Source of the DNA: Gnetum montanum
Taxonomy: Eukaryota; Plantae; Gnetophyta
NCBI GenBank assembly: GCA_015680685.1
Contig: MNCI01001360.1
Span: 202,240-266,239, forward strand
Length of the DNA stretch: 64,000 nucleotides
Reading direction: 5' to 3'
The translations under genes and the position numbers were made by a program. How positions within the stretch are numbered: the first letter of the stretch is position 1; every line of letters begins with the position of its first letter. Below are positions 25,651-40,539 of this stretch, one piece after another. The notes below the pieces were generated by a model. It searched no databases. It worked only from the letters and a program-made list of their open reading frames with translations, and was not told the DNA's origin.

Positions 25651-28600
25651 GTTCAAGGACTAGCTTAGTTATATATTTATAATTTGGCCAAGAGAATCTT
25701 TTTTGTTCTCATAAAGAAAGATGTATGCCCTTACCAAATCCTCTACATTCATATATAGAAAATTATTTAAGAAAGAAATAAAAAATGTCGCATATATACC
25801 CAATTGTATAGTTTATTTTTCTGATGAAACTGGCAGGAATACACATAGTAAAATTGCCAGGAATAGTGATATATAAAGCTCAAGTGCACACTTACAACAC
25901 AAAACCAAACAAAATTAAATTTGAGATCTGAAACTGTATAAAAGGGAGGAAAATTGATTTTTTTATGGATAAAATATTGTTTAGCATTACCAAGAGTCTC
26001 TCCTAAAGTGTTATGGCCAAAATATTATTTAGCATTACTGCTTTATGACTAATAGTTGGCCTCTCGGCTAAAAGAATTCACACAATGACAACCATGCTAC
26101 AATGTTTTAGGTGTGTTGTGAGAATGAACAATGCCATTTTTTTTAACAAAATCTGCAAATGCACAAGACATATATTCTCTGTTTCTATTAGCAACAACCT
26201 TTTCACTGTCAAATCAAATGTGTTTCAACCCATGCAACAAATTGTTTGAAAATATTTGTGATAAAGACATCACCTAACCTTTGTGCAATCCTCAATGTAT
26301 TTTGTGTGTGTAAGTCTTGTTTGAGTGTATCTTCTTGTGTTGACCTTATTGATGATGATTTCAGGGTGTTTTGGAATGCTTGGGGGTATTTTGTGCCTAT
26401 TTTGACGAGTTTAGGGGGTTCCAGGGTCAATGGGAACTTGTTTGAAGATGTCCAGAGGTTCCAAACCTCAAAACAATGCAAGACATCTCATCTGCATCCA
26501 AGATGTCTCCTCCAACACGTCTCACATGTTTGCACGATGTCTCCCCTAGCAGCAAGATGTTTCCTCTAAAATCTGGCAGTTTCAATTGGGATGTCTCTTG
26601 TTCCTCCAAGACGTCTCATATGGATTTCAATGAACATCAAATTAAATTGTAAATTGGAGAGAAGACGAAAGGTCACACTAAGAAACTATAAATAAGAGTC
26701 CATAGTTTGAGTTTGGGTAAGAGAAGAGAGATTCAAAAGGTCTCTTAAGAGCTTGTGCAAGAGAGTTTGAATGAGAGCCATGGGAGAGCACTTGAGAGAA
26801 ATTGAGAAAATCTCTTATAAGTATCTTGTCTTGAGCTTTAGCTCCATTGTGAACAATTGAGGATTAAGAGGGGACATATGTGGCCTCTAAGATCCTTGGG
26901 AGAGTTGTGAGTTAAGCTTGGCTCCTCATCTTTGATGTATTTCTCTACATTTGAGAGTTTTTTTTTAATAAAATGGAGACTTTCTCCATTTCATTGCGTT
27001 GTTCTTGTTTTCTAAGCTGAATTTGCTTAGGAAGCTCATGGAATGGGTTCTTTTGGGGTCTATTGAGGTAGGCTCTCCATCAGATTGGTATCAAAGCACT
27101 TGGTTCGAAGGAATCCACACATAAATTGGTAATCTTCATCAATCTTTTGAAGAAATCTTGAAGTTTTACAACCACTTAGGGTTTGAAGAACCTAAGATTC
27201 GTAAAGATTGCTTGAATCTTGTAAGGTCAAGTTTCTTTTTTGGTAATTGAGCACTCATTTGCTTGAAAGGCTAGGGTTTGAAGTCAATTACATCTTCATT
27301 ACACTTTGTGTTACCTTGAATTGTAAGAATTGCTTGAAGATCTCATCTTGTTGCTTTAAGATTTTACCTTTTGCGTTGTGAAACGTATGGCTCCTAAGAA
27401 GAAGACTAATCAAGAGCTTGAACAAGGGCTTCAAGAGCTCAAAGACTCCTTTAAGGCTTTTGTGGCTGAAATGCAAGAAGTCCTTCCCAAAGTAATGACC
27501 AACAAACATCAAGATTTTGAAGAAGCTTCAAGAAGAAGTGAAGAGGAGATTGAAGAAGAAAATCCTTTTGCATCTATGCAAAGATCAAGAGGAAGAAATG
27601 ATCAAAGAACTTCAAAGAAAAGGGACTAAAACGTATCAGCAAAGGTTTCCTTTTCTTCATAATAATGAGGAAAATGATGATGAAAGGTTTGTAAAGATCT
27701 TAAGAAGTGCTTTAAGAGTTTCTCCTGTGGATATTTCCATCTCTAAAGGTGTTGAAGGTACAGATTTCTTTCTTTCTTGACTTAGAGATTTGAATAAGTA
27801 TTTTCTTATTGAGAAATTTACTAGTGAGTCAATAATTCATGTTGTTGAGAGTAAGCTTGGAGAATTGGCAGCCAAATGGTGGGACAAGGAATGTCTCAAA
27901 TACTTTGAAGAACCTGGAAAGCCTATTGAGAGTTGGCAACTCATGGAATTCATGCTAAAGCAAAAGTTCGAGAAGACATCCTTCTGTCATGAAGCCATCA
28001 AGAAGCTGAAATTTCTCAGACAAGGAGATCAAGAGGTAAAAGATTTTTATGTTGAATTTTGTAAAGCTTTGGAAAAGGCGGATGTTCATTGGACTAAGTA
28101 TGAGAAAGATTCTAACTTCATTAGTGGATTAAGGATGCAATATCAACAAGAACTAGCATTCTATAAGTCTAATACTCTTGATGAAGCATATGATCTTGCT
28201 CTTAAGGCTGAAATGAAAACCACAAAGTTTGGCTTAAAGAAGGACAAAGATCAAAGAAAAGGGGTGAGAAAGACACAGCTCACAAGTCAAGAAAATCTTC
28301 CAAGCAAGATGGTGAAGATAAGCAAAAGAAAAAGGAAATAGTGTCTACTTCTTTGAGGAAGGGAAGAAGAAGGAGATCATCTCCAAGAGGTAAAGATATA
28401 TGTTATAATTGTGGTGAATTAGGTCATAAACAATAGGAATATACAAAGCCAAAGAAAAATGCCTCTAAGGGTAAGAAAATTCAAACTATGCAAAAGGATG
28501 AGCATGAATCTTCAAAGAAGGTATGTGAACACGATCCTTTATACCTTTTTGATCAAAGTGAGTTGAATAGTTGTACTTCTACTAGACATGTTGTGGGGGC

Positions 28601-31600
28601 CAATGAGGATGTTATGAGGAAGAGTTTGTTTAGAACTCATTGTGATGTTGAAGGTCATTCTTTGAATGTGCTCATTGATGATGGAGCACAAGAAAATGTG
28701 ATTTCTAGCAAGGTTCTAAAGTCACTGCATTTAGCTATAGCTCCTCACCCTACTCTGTAGAAAGTGCATTAGTTAATGAAGAATCATTATAAGTTAAGGA
28801 ACAATGCCTTATTGATTATTCCATTGGAAATTTTCATGATCAAATTCTTTGCAATGTATTGCCTATTGATTGTTCAGATCTCACATTTGGTAGACCATAG
28901 AATTAGGATAATAAGGCTATCTTTGAGGGAGAAAATAATAGTTGGATTGTAAGACAAGACAATCATAAGTTTAGGTTGTTGTCCAGTGATAAATCACTTG
29001 ATGGGCTGCATCGACGGGCATGCGTCGACACAGCCCCATCGATGCATGGTCAAATGCATCGATGCAATGTCTATCTTTGCTTATATAAATGTGTGTACCC
29101 ATCGCATTTATGGCACATTAGGTCCATAGCACAGCGAAGCTCTTGCAATTTTCTTAGCCCAAAGTTAGAATATTTTCTAACTGCCTGCAGTAGGATCACA
29201 AAGATTGTACAGTTCTTTGTTCAAGCATCTTGTACCTGAACACATTGATGTGACCAGCAATAAAGACAAGATTCTTGGCATTTCTTGCAGCACTTGGAAT
29301 AGATTAAAACTTTCTTTTGTGCATTTATTTACTTATGCATTTTTACATTAATGTTTTTGATTAATTAATATAGTTAATAACAAACACATAAGTACAACCA
29401 CTTCAAACATACTGCTTAACACTTGATAATCCTAGTAGTGGTTTTTCAGTACACCCCGTAATAGGCACTTGGTAACCCTGTAGTGTTAAGGCAAGTTCAA
29501 GATGGGAACAAAAAGTGGGCTCAAATGCTTATGTTAGGATAGTTGGATTAAGACACTAAATAGTTAAAATAGTTAACCATTAATTAATTCTCTCTTTATT
29601 CCATGCTTGGACTACATAAAATAAAATATAAAATCAATAAAAACCATGTGCCTTGGCTTACGCTTAACCATACACTTGCACTTACACAAGTGAAGCTAAG
29701 AAGACAACGATCACGTCTCTAAGTCACTACCTTTGCCTATGGTACATTTAGAAGCTAAAGTCCACAAAATTCAACCAGATCACTAGTGCAACGTTTGTGA
29801 TTTGTATGATTGGGCATAGGGACTACTCGTTGCTCATCATTAGCACCATTGCTAGGGATTTTAGTTAGCTAAGTGTGCTACGTAGGGAAGATTGTGGAAT
29901 TATCTAAGGACGTTGTAAAAGAACACTTAAAGTAAAATCATTAAAAAAACATAATATTACTAAACACACACTACTTTTGAGAAATCATTGATATGGCTTC
30001 TTCTTGTAGGGAGGATTCTCCACCACCATTTGTAAGCCGATCCACTCAAAGGCAGGAACGCCAAAAAACGAAAGTGCCCCAATAGTTCAAAGTTGTCTAC
30101 ACTCATCTGGATCCTTACACTCCAAATTTCACCTTCATCCTACATTAGGATGAGCAGCTGCAATGGAGGGACATGGAGGGCAATATCGTGCTACCGACAC
30201 CCCACCCCCCAAAAAAAGGAAAAAAAAAATCAGTTCATTCCTACGATGTTGTTAAACAACCTCATAAAGATGGGCATCGTAGGACTTAGTGCAGAATATG
30301 AGGTTCACGACCATGTCTACCAAGATTATCATCCCACAAATGCCCAACGGAAAAAGGATTGGTAGATGAAAGCTCGATATCAAGCTTCCAAAGGTAAAAG
30401 GCTTCCTACCCATTTGATCCTGCAACCACATAAAAATGGCGATGGATTCTTTTTAGGCCAATCCCAATATACTAATTCTTCCCCTATCTTCGATTGAAAA
30501 AACCTTAACCAATAGTTGCAATCCATTGTGGACAACCTTGGTAACAGAAGAAACTAGTCTCAAGACTAGGGGGCCTCCAAAGAAAGGAACCAAAGCCATT
30601 CATCCAAAGACAAGGACAATAATAAGCATTAAAGAAGAGATAGACATGGTGACCAAGGTAGGGACCGAAGGAGAGGAGGTAGTAGGCATCGTTTTGGTGC
30701 TAATTCCCCATCCTCTTCACCTTCATCATCATCATCCTCATCATCTTCCTCCTCCAACTCCAACAAAAGAAGCAAAGGCTGAAATCATGGCAAAAGCAAC
30801 AAAGATTGGGATGGAAATGAACGATGAGATAGGGATGATCATAGATTCCGCTGAGACAACAAGAACCAAGGGCATGAGCAGCAATGTGGGGATAAACATC
30901 ACAGAAAACGAAGACATAGCAAGACTCATTATAGGCATCATAGCCATGATAGGGATCATTGGTATCGTCATGACTATGATGAGGCCCTATTAGCTAACAG
31001 AAACATGCTAAATATTTTAGAGGTTGTCAAAATTCCTACCATGCACTTGAAGGATAGCCGCATTAAATAACTAGATATGAACAATGTCCCCAAGTTTGAG
31101 AGGGGTTATAATTTAGATCCGCAGAATCATTTACATGCCTTCCATGATACATGTGCCTTGTAGAATGTAGAAAATGAATGGCAAAAGCTGAAACTATTCC
31201 CAAGGACACTCATAAAAGAAGCAGAAATTTGGTACTGGTCCTTGAAACTGAAATCCATTCGACAATCGAGTACAATGCTAGAGATGTTCAACGACAAATA
31301 CCAAACATATTCCAAAGTGTCCAATTTGAGAAGGCAAATCCAAGGGTAAAAACAAGGTACTCATGAGTCCTTAAATACGACCATGGGTAGGTACTATTCT
31401 TTGTTGCATTGATGCCCAGGCCATGGATACCCTCAACGGGATCAACTAGGCCATATCATAGATGGGCTTAAAACTGAAATAAGGAGAACCCTTGGGGTCT
31501 ATGCCCAAGGGAGATTTTCTAAACTAAGGGCCAATCAAATTCAAAGGCTCATTGAGCAAGTGGCCAAAAAGGAAGGAGAGCTTAAAAAGCAAGAGAGTGC

Positions 31601-31854
31601 AGAAGAATACAACAAAGACCCCTTCATCCGCAAGAGGGAGGTCTATTTCTAAGGATGAGGCCCCACTTGATGAAGTGGTGCAAAGGAAAACTTTGCCGAT
31701 TCAAAAATCTATTACTGAAATCTCGGCTAAGGTTAACAAACTGTGGAACTCCTTGGATGAGAAGTTCCAAGATGCTCTAAAGATTGTAGAAAAACGTAAG
31801 GATAATGGAGAAAGTGGTTGTGAGCGAAAGAAGAAAAAGGATGCTAAACGAGAA

Positions 31855-34800
31855 TGTTATAATCAGATCTGAAAACACACTACAAATGCTCTAGAGAAAT
31901 TATTAGAACCCTACAGATCTAAATAAATCATTAGAGGCAAAATATTGCGTTGTAGCAGGTCAAGAAACACTATAAATCACTCTCAAAAACGTTCTAAACT
32001 CTAGCAAACATTTGTTGTGATAACAAAATGAAAGCAGAATGAAAACAGTAAAAATAGCACAAGAACACAGAGAGTTATGTGGTTTGGACCCTTTTTACCC
32101 TACTTCCACAACAATGCTGATCTGCCTTCTATTCTTCTCAAATCTTCAGAACACAAGCCGTCCTTGTAACTTTTCCAAACACCTAATCTGTTATTCCAAC
32201 AGATCTCAGATCAACACCAACAAGACTCACGTCTCCAAGGTAAAACCTTGATACAATGCTTTCACTTCAAAGCACACACTAAAGGCTACCCCAAGCCTTC
32301 TATTTATGAAGAAACATGAGGACCAAACCTCAATCCTAATACATGTGGGATAAAACACCAAGCCTCCTATTTATGAGGAAACATGAGGACCAAACCCCAA
32401 TCCTAATACATGTGGGATAAAACACATCCCCACATCAAATGCAACATAAAAGGAAATACAACAATTAATGTATTTGTCTTCATTTTTCCAACAAACTCCC
32501 CCTTGAAAACAAATCCAACCAACCTTTAAGAGATGTGCACTTCTGATTAAGCTTCAGTTATCCCAAGATTCTTCCTTTGTTATTTTAATTCAAGAGACTG
32601 CAAAAATCTCTTCATCCATAACATCTTCTTACATGCTTCTGTGAGGGCTATGTACTCTAATTCAATTGTAGATAAAGTTACTAGTGGTTGTAGACGTGAC
32701 AACCAACTCACTGCTGCACCACCAAAAATAAATGTGTACCCTGTAGAAGACATATCATGATCAACAGCAAAGTTTGCATAGGTTTTGCATCCTCCATGTT
32801 GAAACGCTTTAGAACCTTTCCAATATAATCTTCCTGACTCAACCACAGCTTCTTCCTTTTTCTGTCCCGTAAATATTCATACCAAGAATTTTCTTTGCCT
32901 GTCCAGAATCCTTCATAGCAAATTCTTTGCCCATTTCCAATTTTAAACGTTTTATCTCTGCTATATCATTTCCAGCAATTAGCATATCATCAACATACAA
33001 CAACAACACTGAATTTATCTGAAACATCTCTAGAAAAATACACACAGTGGTCTAGGTTGTTTTTCTGATCAGATAGCTTCTTCATAAAAGTATCAAACCT
33101 TTTATACCACTGCCTAGGGGCTTGTTTCAAACCATATAAACTCTTTTTCAGTTTACAAACCAGACTTGAACCTTGCTGTTCTTCATACCCTTCTGGTTGT
33201 TTCATGTAAATTTCCTCCTCCAAATCTCCATGGAGGAATGTTGTTTTTAAATCAAATTGTTCCAACTCTAAGTCCATGCAGGCCACCAATGATAGCACTA
33301 AACATATAGAAGAGTGTTTTACTACTGGAGAAAAACTTTCTTGAAAGTCAATACCTGGTTTCTGTGCATAGCCTTTCACCACCAACCTAGCCTTGAAACG
33401 TTTTTCCCCATTTGCCTCTGATTTAATTCTATATAGCCACCTGCACTCCAAGAGTTTTCTCCCTTTCGGCAACTGAACTAGCTCCCAGGTTTTGTTCTGT
33501 TGGAGTGATTCCCATTCATCATTCATAGCTACCTTACACTTTGTGGCATCAACACATGTCATGGCTTCTTCCTTCACTGTTTCTGGTTCACCACTATCAC
33601 TGTAAAGTACATAATTCAATGAGGGGTTTGGTAGTTCTAGTTGACCTTCTAACACAATGAGACACATCTGTAGCTTGTTGTTCATCATCTTCTACCTCAT
33701 TTTCTTGTTGTCTTGCATTTTCTCCTTGCTGTCCTAAGTTCTTAACTTGCTGCCATGTACTTTCAGCATGTTGTCCAAAGTTTCCAGATCTGGAAAATCC
33801 ATGAATTTCATCATTTTCAATTTCTTTAGTCACACTAAAAGGAGTCCTTATGCTTTCTGAGCCATTTCTGTCCTTGTCTTTCTTTTGCAGCTCACTAAAC
33901 ATCACATTTTCTCTGAATTTAACGTCCCTTGATCTCACTACACGTTTCAATTCAAGATCCCAAAGTCTGAATCCTAACTCATCTTCTCCATATCCAACAA
34001 ATATGCAACTTTTAGCCCTATCCTCCAACTTAATTCTGTTTTCCTTTGGAATATGCATAAATGCCTCACATCCAAAAACTCTCTTAAATGACTGTATGAA
34101 ACGTTTTTACCTTTCCAAACAATTTCTGGAACAGCATTATCAATTGAAGAATGTGGAGACCTATTCACCAAATATGCAGCAGTCATAACTGCCTCTCCCC
34201 AAAATGTCTTAGGTAGGCCTGCACCTGAAACCATTGTTCTAGCACGATCCAGCAATGTTCTGTTGCATCTTTCAGCAACTCCATTTTCTTGTGGTGTACT
34301 AGGAGGGGTACGAATGTGCCTAATTCCTTTGATGTTGCAAAAATTAGCAAATACTTTAGAAGTGTACTCCCCACCATTATCAGTTTGCAAACATTTTATT
34401 TTCAGACTTGTTTCATTTTATACTCTTGCAACAAATGTTTTGAAAACTGAAAACACTTCATCTTTTGATTTCAGCATATAAACCCAAACCTTCCTTGCAC
34501 AATCATCTATGAAAGTCACAAAATAAATAGATCCACCAAGAGAAATGGGAGTCATAGGACCACAAACATCAAAATAAACCAATTCTAACTTATTTTTCTT
34601 TCTACTGTCCAAATCCCTACGAAAGTTTACTCTCCTAGATTTTCCAACTAAACAATCTTTGCAATCAGTTTGAGCATAAGAAAATACAGGAATGAGAGTC
34701 TAATTTTAAAGTACTTTTAAGCTTGACCAGCCAATGTGTCCAAGACGTCTATGCCACACTTCAATATTTTGTTTGTCAGAAACTATTGCAATAGAGTTGC

Positions 34801-36725
34801 ATGAATCTACCATCAATGTATATAAGNNNNNNNNNNNNNNNNNNNNNNNNNNNNNNNNNNNNNNNNNNNNNATGTGACTACTACATCCATCTGCCACCAT
34901 TGTACATTGTTCTTGAATCAGANACTATGAAACTGAAATCAACTTCTTTGTAACTTCAGGAACATGTCTAACGTTATCTATTGTCACCTTTGGCATCCTT
35001 GCTTGTTGCAGACTTATACTTCCAATTCCAAGAACTTTTAAAGCTTTTCCATTAGCAGCATATACAAAACTAGATTCAACTTTATGATAAGATGCAAAAC
35101 AAGACTTATCTGGACAAATATGAAAGGAGGCACCTGAGTCAATCAACCAGATGTCACTGCTACATCCATCTGCCACCATTGTACATTGTTCTTGAATCAG
35201 AAAACTAACGTTTTCATCAGCTACATGTACCTCTGATGTTCCTTCTTCTGACTTCTTCTCCTTTCCTTTATTTTTCTGTGCTTTCCATGCAAAGCAATCC
35301 TTCTTCAAATGACCTTTCTTCTTGTAGTACCAGCACTCTTAAGTTTGAGTTCTGCCATGTGATACTCTTCTGTTCATGCTTCTCCCCCTACTTGGGAAAC
35401 GTCTCCTACTTCTACCTCTTTCCTCTACTACATGAACATTTCCAGATCTAGAAGACTCATCTACTCTTCCGTCTGAATCCTGAAGAGTAGACACAACCTA
35501 TTTAAATGTCATAGATGAAACACTCATAGAAATAGTAATAGATGTCACAATTGCAGACTAGGAATCAGGTAAGGAGTCTAACAAAGCATAGGATTTAACT
35601 AAATCTGGAATAACAATTTTATATTCCTCCAACTTATTCAGATATCTCATCATCTCATCCAAATGATCTTGAAAAGACACATCATATCTCTTCTTGCATC
35701 TGAAAAATTTTTGATAAATGTGGAAGGTATTCAAACCTGATACTTTGTCAAACCTGTTCTTCAACGTTTGCCACAGATCATGCGGATCCATCAACGTTTG
35801 CCACAGATCATGCGGATCCATATCAGGTTTGATTGAGGCCAAAATCCCATTGCTTAGGGTTGGATGAATGAAAGATGATGCCCTAGTCTTAATTTTCCTC
35901 CAATCAGCATTTGACATTCTTGCTGGTTGAGAGGGTTCTAGGGCCTCTTGGCACTCCTTTTGTGCTAAAACAACCTTCATCAAAATGCTCCAAATGTTCT
36001 AGTTCCTTCCTACCAATCTTTCAATTGTTTACAACCTCTCCATCTCTTTAAATCTAGCTCTAATACCAGTTGTTATAATCAGATCTGAAAACAATTAGAC
36101 CTGAAAACACACTACAAATGCTCTAGAGAAATTATTAGAACCCTACAGATCTGAATAAATCATTAGAGCCAAAATATTGTGTTGTAGCAGGTCAACAAAC
36201 ACTATAAATCACTCTCAAAAACGTTCTAAACTCTAGCAAACATTTTCTGTGATAACAAAATGAAAGCAGAATGAAAACAGTAAAAATAGCACAAGAACAC
36301 AGAGAGTTATGTGGTTCGGGCCCTTTTTACCCTACTTCCACAACAATGCTGATCTGCCTTCTATTCTTCTCAAATCTTCAGAACACAAGCCGTCCTTGTA
36401 ACTTTTCCAAACACCCAATCTGTTATTCCAATAGATCTAAGATCAACACCAACAAGACTCACGTCTCCAAGGTAAAACCTTGATACAATGCTTTCACTTC
36501 AAAGCACACACTAAAGGCTACCCCAAGCCTTCTATTTATGAAGAAACATGAGGACCAAACCTCAATCCTAATACATGTGGGATAAAACACCAAGCCTCCT
36601 ATTTATGAGGAAACATGAGGACCAAACCCCAATCCTAATACATGTGGGATAAAACACATCCCCACATCAAATGCAACATAAAAGGAAATACAACAATTAA
36701 TGTATTTGTCTTCATTTTTCCAACA
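31855..36725 (-). mobile_element. Ty1/Copia LTR retrotransposon, relatively young
   Basis: Near-identical LTRs at 31855-32493 and 36071-36725; perfect TSD GAGAA; Met PBS; PPT AAGGGGGAG. Motifs WLIDSGAS, WHRRLGH, TDNGGEY, QENGVAERCNRTL, KARLVVKGYAQ, LYGLKQAPRQW, LYVDDML. Confidence 0.96.
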
Positions 36726-39700
36726 GAGAATACCATAAAGATAAGGGTAAGGCTACAGCTGTAGAGGAGGTTGCAAATTCATAAACTAATGACACTAGTT
36801 GTAACATCTGCTAATACAAACATCCCAAGGGATGTTGCCTTGTCTTGTCACACCTACAAGAATCTGGGATGTATGCTCTAAATCCTAAACTAGCAAAACA
36901 ACAAGCACCCAAGCAATTGTCTTATCCACAAGACAACTATCAGCAACAATTCCACCAACAAACTTACTATCTGAGTGGAGTGCCACCTCAACCTCAAAAA
37001 CAATACCAACAATGGCAACACCCACAATCATGGGGGATGCCACCTCCAAGGCAACAATACCCTTAACTCCAACCAAATCCATATGGGTATTACATTTATC
37101 AGCCCATCTCTCCATGTGACTCTCCCAATCACACTTCCTTTCCACACCACTATTATCCTCCTGAATACTACAAAGCACCTTCTCCAAGGGGGGAGTCCCC
37201 ATTCCCTTACTACCCTCCTCAACACTCTTCCACTCCTACACCACTATCTTTAACTCCTCTACCACCTGCTCCATCCATGCAAGGTAAAATACTTGCTCAG
37301 CCACAACAAAGAAAGGCTATGAAGGTAGTAAACTTACAACCAGCTCCTTAGCTAAATGGTTCTAAATTCAAGCCTTGCAAAAGGCCATTCTTCAGAACCA
37401 GCAGCCCGACAAAGTCCTTACAAACACTTGTGACTATTAACCCTGCTATTTCCACCTCTAAAATTTCCATCGAGCAACCTTCGAACCAAATTGCTTTTCA
37501 ATCTTTAGGGGATTGATTTCATGGGGCCCATCAACCCTATGTCAAACAAAAAGGCTTACATCATCATGGTTGTTGATTATTGTACCAAATGGGCTGAAAA
37601 CGCGATCGTCACCAACTATTCATCCTCTATGATGGCATGGTTTGTAAAACAAAATGTTGTCAATAGGTTTGGTATGCCATGAGCACTAATTTCTAACAAT
37701 GGAACACATTTTATAGGTGCCACTTTTTGTAAACTCATGCAGCACTTAGCGGTTAAACATAAATTAATAACTCCATATTACCCCCCAAGCCAACAATCAA
37801 GCTAAGGTGACCAATAGGGAAATTACTAAAATATTAACACAAACGATTAGCAAATATAGGAAGAACTAGAGCAATAAACTCAACGATGCTCTTTGAGCTT
37901 ATCATTCAATATGGAAGCTTCCTATTGGATATTCTTCATATGACCTAGCGTATGGAAAACTGCCAACTCTTCCCATCCAAGCTAAGCTCTGTACACTTTC
38001 AACGGCCTATGACCTTGACTTGGACCTAAGTTTAGCCCAATGAGAAAGACTAAAGAATCTCAACATGCTAGACAAGAATAGACTAGTGGCCCTATCATTA
38101 AATGAAGTGCACAAGACACATAACAAACAACGTCATATCCTTGAGATAGAAAAAGTAAAATTTCAACCAGGGGATAAGGTGCCCTATTTTAAAACCCCAT
38201 GCACGTACATCAACATACCAAATTTCAAATGTCATCGGATGGCCCTTACATTATATAGGAAACCTTTCCACCTGCATGATGATATACATCCTAATAGCCT
38301 AAGTAAGAGATTCTTGGTCAACACCCAACAACATAACCCTTCCCTTGAACCAAAAACAACCAATGGAACAAATGTCTCAACTAATGGTCAAGCACGTTCA
38401 ATCTTCCAAATCTCCTCCTTCCAACTTAGTCATGGGGGAGATGGCCCACCCATGCTGATACTATATGAGTAGCCCCTCAATTTTTTCAACTTTTCTGTTT
38501 TACACCATTTTTCATACATTTCTCATTTTCTTGAATATTTTACATTTTTTCTATATTTTGCCTTATTTGAACTTTTCTTACGTGTCTTCTTGCTCTTTAT
38601 TGCCATCAGGACTTTGGTGCTGAATACAACTACTGATTGATGGTGGTTTGTTAAATAGTATTGTTTACTTGATTGCAAATGACTAGATTTCATCTTAGAA
38701 TTTTGACGTTAATCAATGGAACATTGGTCATCTCATGATATCAAGCAGTGAGTTCACATTATCCACCTGCTCCACACAACTCTAAAGTGTTTCCTCATTT
38801 CGGAAATATGAGGTCTCTTCTTAATAACAACTTACAATAAATTTGTGACCTTAGTACTTTCCAAACTTGAAACCAGAATAAGGGTGTGGCTTCAAGGGGA
38901 TTTGTCACCTTTTGTACCTACCTACCATCTAGGGTTTCATGAGTATTCCCATGGATTCCTTATCATAGGAAGCAATGTCTTTGCATGGTGTGGTTTCTAT
39001 TTGAAAAAAAAAAACTATGAGAATTCAAAGCACACCCCTTAGACACAATAACTTGTTACAAGCACTGGTTATGAGGCTGGAAAGACATGTTACCCATGCT
39101 TAAAGACACCTCTCTAACTAAGGCCCTCTTCACTTCCTACTTCTCTTTTCTTCTTTCTTTAAAATGGCGAGTGATCTGTGGGGATGTTTCTGTACCCTAG
39201 GGGTGGAACGGTCTAATGTGCTAATGTGAAGCCACGAGAAATGGATGGTCTTGATTCTAACTAAGGATGGAAGCTATCAGGTCATACTAATCACATCCTT
39301 CACAAGGGACTTCATGTGACCATAGTGCAAGACTCCATTCCATACTCTCTCTCATCCACCAATTCTTTCCATTTACCACCTCACTACCTCTTATCATGTT
39401 GTATTGATGAGTTCATTTTGAGACGGTCTTAAATCTTTGATGGTTTCTTTGGTGATTCAATTTTTAACAACCCACAGCCATTAATCATCCTTGGGGCCCA
39501 CGGACTCCTTGGTTTGAGGGCATGCAAGGGCATTAAGGGCATGAGCCTACTATGGGGAGGACCCACTTGCACACTCTTTGGTTGGGATGGTTAAGTTCAC
39601 TATCCCTTAGGCATTTTTCTTTCAAAACCATTGTTTTTCACCTCAATACATCCAATTTTTGCACTCCTTGGCAATTAGTCTCCTACCAAATCTCCTTTCC

Positions 39701-40539
39701 AAATGTATTCCTAGCCCTCTTCACACATTTGTCCTTATTCTAGGCTTTTCTAGCTTCCTCTAGACCCCAATTTTATGGCAATCTTTTTCCCCAGTTTTCA
39801 ATTGTGAAAATTTTTGTTTTTAGCTACGTCGACAGGGACGAAGCCCAATGCGTGCTGCATCCCCATCTACATAGCAGAAAAATAGTATAAATACACAATA
39901 GGAGTTAGCCAAATTTTCACATTTTCCTCATAATGCTAGGGGACGTTTTTGCACTTTTCAGAGCCTAGAGCCTTCCCAAGCCCATAACTTCCTAACTGCT
40001 TGTCCGAATCAACTCGTTCTTTGACCCTTCAACTACTGGAGGTGAGCTTTACATCGTGGGGGCCACAAACCTATGGTTTCTGACAAAAAAAAATTCGGAA
40101 TTTTTCTAACTCCCAACTAGTTTAACTACTAAAATAATATTAAAGATCACCAATCCACAAAAGTTGAACCTCACCAACAAACTCAAGTAGCCATTAGAAT
40201 AAAATAATATTAAAGTAATCAAGTTGTCATGTTCACAAATTAGCCTAAGTGTAACTAGCCAAATGGGAAAAGGTAGCAAAGTATTATAAGTTATGCATAA
40301 AAAGCTAATCCTTGGCTATGTCTGTGATCGCAAATGGCACTAAAGAGACCGTACGAAGAAGGACCATCACAACCACAAGAGAAGTAGCCAAGAGGGGAAA
40401 GGGGCCAACAACCACAACAACAACCCCAAGAAGGCAAGGTAGAGACCCATGCCACAGGACCTCTTCGGGAGGAGCCCAAAGTGGAATCTGTTCATCAGAT
40501 TTCCACCGCAGAAACAAAACAGTCTAAACAAGATGAGGT

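Noticed and set aside
30526-30993. Met/Ile-rich ORFs here and at 54654-54955 and 56023-56678
   Set aside because: Alternative-frame readings of the low-complexity G/D/H/R linker upstream of gag.
34827-34922. Apparent duplication of MVADGCSS beside an N gap in the Copia
   Set aside because: It repeats ~35152-35201 immediately next to Ns; most likely a gap-filling artefact.
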